A stretch of 29,877 nt of DNA from a virus (Duplodnaviria; Caudoviricetes), in the IMG/VR virus record IMGVR_UViG_3300020045_006040, positions 1-29,877 of that record, one strand, 5' to 3'. The notes beneath the pieces were generated by a model, which ran no database searches, was not told the origin of the DNA, and saw nothing but the letters and a program-made list of their open reading frames with translations. Positions 25,947 to 29,877 of the stretch are shown piece by piece. The position numbers were made by a program, and so were the translations under genes. The stretch's first letter is position 1; every line of letters starts with the position of its first letter.

Positions 25947-26452
25947 ACAACAACACAAAATTCTGGCTAATTGTAGCGATAGTTACAATAGCAATAACAT
26001 GTAAAAGCAATGCTCAAAGTAATTTTAGATTGAATCGAGTTGACTCGTTTAGCTTTGCGGTTGTAATTGATCCAAGCGCGTCAATTCAGGAGAACGGATT
26101 TAACGCGGGAATTGAGATTGAGTATGTTGGACTTGTGTATACACGCGCTTCCATAACATCATTTGCGGCTTTAGAGGGTGGATATGTAGATTTTATTGGT
26201 GCGGCCGGTTTGAATTTTACTTCCGGGATGTGGGAACAAATAAGATATTATGCCGGGTTGCGCGCGGGTATTATTTCGCGTGGTGGTAATGGATATCCAA
26301 CGCTTGGAACTGAAATAGGAATTGATTATGTTATTGGTTCGTTAGTGCTTGGTATTCGAATGACACGGGATAAAAGAGGTGACTTTGAATTTTATGGAGA
26401 GTCTAGTGAAATGCGAAATAGTGGATTTGTTAAAATAGGGGTGAAGTTATGA
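25943..26452 (+). CDS. Outer-membrane beta-barrel-like protein with signal peptide
   Basis: Signal ending SNA-Q; alternating hydrophobic Gly-rich strands; C-terminal GFVKIGVKL. Confidence 0.6.
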   Translation: MNNNTKFWLIVAIVTIAITCKSNAQSNFRLNRVDSFSFAVVIDPSASIQENGFNAGIEIEYVGLVYTRASITSFAALEGGYVDFIGAAGLNFTSGMWEQIRYYAGLRAGIISRGGNGYPTLGTEIGIDYVIGSLVLGIRMTRDKRGDFEFYGESSEMRNSGFVKIGVKL

Positions 26453-26640
26453 CGGCTAAACAAAAACTTCGCTCAATTGAAAAAAAATTAGAGCGTTTAC
26501 AGAAAAACAATCCAAACATAGATTTAAAAAATGCAAGTCGATATTTTGGAGACGTTGAACGATATTTTAAATTAGAACGCGAGCACTTCTTTTTGAAGTT
26601 TGAAATTGAACACTGTAAAACTTGTGGGAATAAATTATGA
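26449..26640 (+). CDS. Hypothetical protein with C-terminal CxxC
   Basis: ATGA overlaps. Confidence 0.65.
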   Translation: MTAKQKLRSIEKKLERLQKNNPNIDLKNASRYFGDVERYFKLEREHFFLKFEIEHCKTCGNKL

Positions 26641-26900
26641 AGTCAACCAATACATACACAGTTAAGCAAATCGCAGCTATTACAGGATTTAGTTCCGTTA
26701 CGGTTTACGATAAAATAAGGACCTTAAAATTAAGTCCAGAAAGCACAAAAAAAGGCTTAAATTACTATAACGAAAAATCGTTTAATCTAATATTAAAATT
26801 ATTTGAAACTTCGCAAAAAGAAAAATCATTTACTAAATATTATCCAATGAAAACAATTGAAACGTATTATATTTATGAAAGTAAAATGAATCAATCATGA
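26637..26900 (+). CDS. HTH DNA-binding protein
   Basis: YTVKQIAAITGFSSVTVYDKIR. Confidence 0.65.
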   Translation: MKSTNTYTVKQIAAITGFSSVTVYDKIRTLKLSPESTKKGLNYYNEKSFNLILKLFETSQKEKSFTKYYPMKTIETYYIYESKMNQS

Positions 26901-27118
26901 CTCTAAAAAAAACAGGACTTCCAATAAAACCGCAAACAATTTATTATGTTAAATTTAGCGCGTTGGGTCACGAACAATTAAAATGCACATCGACAAATAC
27001 ATATATGAAAGATGCAGGTATATTTGCAGCACAATTTAAGAAAGTAAAGGATGTTGCGGTTGTGATGGAAGTATTGAAAGAATTAACAAAAGAACATAGT
27101 AGTTATGAAACAAACTAA
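26897..27118 (+). CDS. Hypothetical protein
   Basis: Operon packing. Confidence 0.6.
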   Translation: MTLKKTGLPIKPQTIYYVKFSALGHEQLKCTSTNTYMKDAGIFAAQFKKVKDVAVVMEVLKELTKEHSSYETN

Positions 27119-27311
27119 ACACAAAAGCTTAATCGAGAGCATAATACAAACCATTATAGGTCTTGGAACATCGATATTAATACAGATTATTTTATACCCA
27201 ATGATGGGTATTCCTGTAACATTTTCGCAAAACTTAATTATTACTTTGGTATTCTTTTTAGTATCAATTGTAAGGGGTTATTTTGTGAGAAGAATATTTG
27301 AGAAATTATGA
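27105..27311 (+). CDS. Small two-TM phage membrane protein
   Basis: Q.K..SLIES...F..VSIVRGYFVRRIF motif. Confidence 0.7.
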   Translation: MKQTKHKSLIESIIQTIIGLGTSILIQIILYPMMGIPVTFSQNLIITLVFFLVSIVRGYFVRRIFEKL

Positions 27312-27817
27312 ATGATATATTAAAATTATTCGAAGCAAATGTTTTAGAAGGCGATGTAGTTTATACGCCTGATTATGTTTCTAAAAATATAATTGAATTT
27401 CTAAAACCTGCAGGCAAATGTTTAGATCCCTGTAAAGGTGATGGAGCGTTTTTAAAATTTATGCCAATTGATTCTGATTATTGTGAACTTCAGGAAAATA
27501 AAGATTTTTTGCATTACGAAAAAAAAGTAGATTGGATAATTGGAAACCCGCCTTATTCTATTTTTGAAGATTTTTTAAGACATTCATTTCAAATATCAGA
27601 TAATGTTTCTTTTTTAGTCCCTACAAATAAAGTATTTCAACGTCAATTAATTATGGATATGATTAATAATTATGGAGGAATAAAAAGCATTATTATTTAC
27701 GGAAGCGGAAATTTAATTGGTTTTCCATTTGGTTTTAGTGTTGGAAACTTTCATTTTGAAAAAGGATATAAAGGAAAAACTGAGTTAATAATAGGAATGA
27801 AAAATATATTTAATTAG
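27308..27817 (+). CDS. DNA amino (N6-adenine) methyltransferase
   Basis: D.VYTP, LDPCKGDGAF, IIGNPPYS. Confidence 0.8.
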   Translation: MNDILKLFEANVLEGDVVYTPDYVSKNIIEFLKPAGKCLDPCKGDGAFLKFMPIDSDYCELQENKDFLHYEKKVDWIIGNPPYSIFEDFLRHSFQISDNVSFLVPTNKVFQRQLIMDMINNYGGIKSIIIYGSGNLIGFPFGFSVGNFHFEKGYKGKTELIIGMKNIFN

Positions 27818-27857
27818 AGTTTATTAGAGATTTATTAAAGAATTAATTAGAGAAATT

Positions 27858-28187
27858 ATGGGATGTTATATGTACATTACTGATGAAGACAGAAAAAGTA
27901 AAAGAGTCGTAAAAGATAAAGAAATAAATAATTTACTTAAAGAAGCTTTACAGTGTGATAAATCTTTAATGATTTCATCACATAATTATTATGAAAGAAA
28001 ATCAATATTTCATAAGAAAAAAGAAGTTAAATTTTACACTTTATTTCACGAAGTATTAGATAAAAATGGAAACTCTCATTATCAAGCAAGACAGCAATTT
28101 TCAGCAAGTGGTAAAAAAGAGGTGGTAATAGCATATTTATATGGAATTATTAATGGATATCACGTTGCGCAACAAAAATTATTTTAA
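27858..28187 (+). CDS. Hypothetical protein
   Basis: 109 aa ORF, AAATTATG start. Confidence 0.7.
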   Translation: MGCYMYITDEDRKSKRVVKDKEINNLLKEALQCDKSLMISSHNYYERKSIFHKKKEVKFYTLFHEVLDKNGNSHYQARQQFSASGKKEVVIAYLYGIINGYHVAQQKLF

Positions 28188-28189
28188 TT

Positions 28190-28531
28190 ATGAAAAACCC
28201 ACTAAAAAATGGAATTTAATTAACGTTCCAACTACAAGTTTTATGCGAATTTATCGATCAATACCCGATAAAACGCGAAATAAAACAAGCTGCAAACGCA
28301 TTAAGAAAAGCATCTGAAAAAGACCCCTCAATGGAATACAACAAAATCTATAAAATAGACCCAGAAATGTCAATAAACATTTGTCAAAAAACTGCTGAAT
28401 TAGCTGAAACTATTGGCAAAATGGATATATCTGAATTGGTTTTGTTTAGTGATTTTGCTAAGCGGTTTTATGATAATAAAGAAATTGTTAAAGAAAAAGG
28501 AATGAGTTTTTTTAATAAGATATTGATGTAG
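28190..28531 (+). pseudogene. Hypothetical gene interrupted by in-frame TAA at 28217
   Basis: ATG 28190 is in frame with ORF 28331-28531; single stop at codon 10. Confidence 0.55.
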
Positions 28532-28547
28532 ATTGGAATAAAATTGT

Positions 28548-28555
28548 TATATTTG
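28548..28555 (+). promoter_or_regulatory. Promoter -7 box TATATTTG
   Basis: Bacteroidetes consensus upstream of structured leader. Confidence 0.55.
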
Positions 28556-28561
28556 CTTATG

Positions 28562-28649
28562 TAAAAGAGTGGATACTTTTATAAACTAAAAATCTTTAAC
28601 CCATAATCGGGAGGCGTTATCCACTAAAGCCAAACGATTATGGGTTTTT
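28562..28649 (+). ncRNA. Structured leader RNA: two hairpins with complementary loops, second one a terminator
   Basis: Loop AGTGGATA (28568-75) vs TATCCACT (28618-25); stem AACCCATAATCG/CGATTATGGGTT plus T run. Confidence 0.55.
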
Positions 28650-28671
28650 CAATTTAATTTATTTATACATT

Positions 28672-28926
28672 ATGAAAATTTTTATTACCAACAAGGATTA
28701 CTTTGACCAAGTTTTTGACAATGAACCGTCAGAAAATTACAAAAATTCAAGCCAACTACACAAAGCATTATTCAATAAAATTAATACTGATTTATCGGTA
28801 AACAATAAAATTGAAATAAATGTAATGATTCCTTATTCTGATATTTTTGAAGGTGAAGCTTGCTTTGAATTTATTGGAAAAAACAAAGATGTATTTTTCT
28901 ATACATTTAATGGAACTATTAAATAA
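28672..28926 (+). CDS. Hypothetical protein
   Basis: 84 aa; coupled to primase gene. Confidence 0.65.
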   Translation: MKIFITNKDYFDQVFDNEPSENYKNSSQLHKALFNKINTDLSVNNKIEINVMIPYSDIFEGEACFEFIGKNKDVFFYTFNGTIK

Positions 28927-29877
28927 TGGAAAAGCATTATTTAAAAAAGTTAGCTGAAAACGGCTTTTCGGTTATCCCTTGTGCAGAAAATAAAGCACCT
29001 ATTGGGGCTTGGAAAAACGCACAAACAACAGCAAGAACCCCAGAGGAAATTGAACAATTAACCAGCCCTAAATTTGGACTTGTGACTGGATATAATAACC
29101 TCGAGGTTATAGATATCGACTGCAAAACTTTGTCAACTTTAAAAGAACAAAAAGAATTTTGGGATGAGTATTTAGGATTTTTAACTGATAATATTGATGA
29201 CTTTGAAAAGAAATTTGTAATTAAAAAAACCTTAAACAAAGGCTATCATATTCTTTATCGATGCAAAACGTTAAAAGGAAATACTAAGATAGCCAAACTT
29301 AAAGGCAACCCAGAAGCATTAATAGAAAGCCGTGGTATTGGAGGAATGGTTATCGCTTATGATGACACTTTGTCAAAAATAAATTATCACGAAATCAAAG
29401 AAATTTCAGAAGAAGACAGAGAAATTTTATGGAGTTGCTCAAGAACTTACAACTATGTAAATGAATTACCTATTGAGCCAGTAAAGAAAAAACAAGAATA
29501 CCAAGAAAATGAAATAGCGTGCTGGGATGACTTTAATCAAAAAACTGATATTTTTGAAATTATAGGTAGTGATTTTTCAATAGTTGCAAACCATAATAAA
29601 AAGTACGTAATAAAAAGACACGGTTCAGAAAGCCCGCATTCTGGTTATGTTTACAAAGAAGATGGATTAATGTATCTTTTTTCAACTGGAACAATTTATC
29701 CACACGAAAAACAAATAAGCCCTTTTATTGCTTATTGTTGGAAAAATCATAATGGCAATTTATCTGACGGGGCTAAAGATTTATATGCAAAAGGCTTTGG
29801 ATCTCGTTTAAAAAAGATTGTAAATGAGATTAAGCCAAAAATATCAATGCAATCAAATGAAGAAAAACCAAATATAA
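28926..29877 (+). CDS. Bifunctional primase/polymerase (Prim-Pol) domain replication protein, 3'-truncated; not in ORF track
   Basis: MEKHYLKKLAENGFSVIP...K.P...W...GLVTG...LEVIDID...T.NKGYHILY...IESRG.GG; open to window end. Confidence 0.85.
   Translation, partial: MEKHYLKKLAENGFSVIPCAENKAPIGAWKNAQTTARTPEEIEQLTSPKFGLVTGYNNLEVIDIDCKTLSTLKEQKEFWDEYLGFLTDNIDDFEKKFVIKKTLNKGYHILYRCKTLKGNTKIAKLKGNPEALIESRGIGGMVIAYDDTLSKINYHEIKEISEEDREILWSCSRTYNYVNELPIEPVKKKQEYQENEIACWDDFNQKTDIFEIIGSDFSIVANHNKKYVIKRHGSESPHSGYVYKEDGLMYLFSTGTIYPHEKQISPFIAYCWKNHNGNLSDGAKDLYAKGFGSRLKKIVNEIKPKISMQSNEEKPNI

Noticed and set aside
28217-28219. Stop-codon reassignment
   Set aside because: TAA terminates many genes normally throughout the window
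23523-29239. Minus-strand ORFs 23523, 24030, 28937
   Set aside because: Shadows of the coiled-coil gene and of the Prim-Pol gene, which the track omitted because it is truncated
1-29877. Integrase, reverse transcriptase, terminase, tRNA
   Set aside because: No tyrosine/serine recombinase, RT or terminase motifs and no tRNA were recognised in this window; they may lie outside it

Overview
An AT-rich tailed-phage genome segment. Its Bacteroidetes-type TAnnTTTG promoters, DUF3127-like SSB and gene content point to a Flavobacteriia-infecting siphovirus. 1-15373 (+): virion module (tail proteins, tape measure, prohead protease/scaffold, major capsid, tail tube, portal, adaptors, fibre/LamG proteins) and lysis module (holin candidates, muramidase, u-spanin). 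15357-22128 (-): leftward operon of small genes. 22277-29877 (+): early/replication genes (Bet/RecT-like, SSB-like, HTH, HNH, OMP-like, second MTase, Prim-Pol). The standout is 15569-20393, an integron-like gene-cassette array. Ten attC-like imperfect hairpins (TAACA...CGTTA) of two size classes separate minus-strand genes. In 8 of 10 units the left and right ends are reverse complements specific to that unit, as expected for excisable circular cassettes. A hairpin-less attI-like boundary and an RHH-like gene lie at the left end, and no integrase is present in the window. Other notable signals: a dnaX-like slippery site in the portal gene, a kissing-loop terminator RNA before the primase, and a candidate late-promoter motif. 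All calls come from reading the sequence and recalled family motifs; no searches were run.
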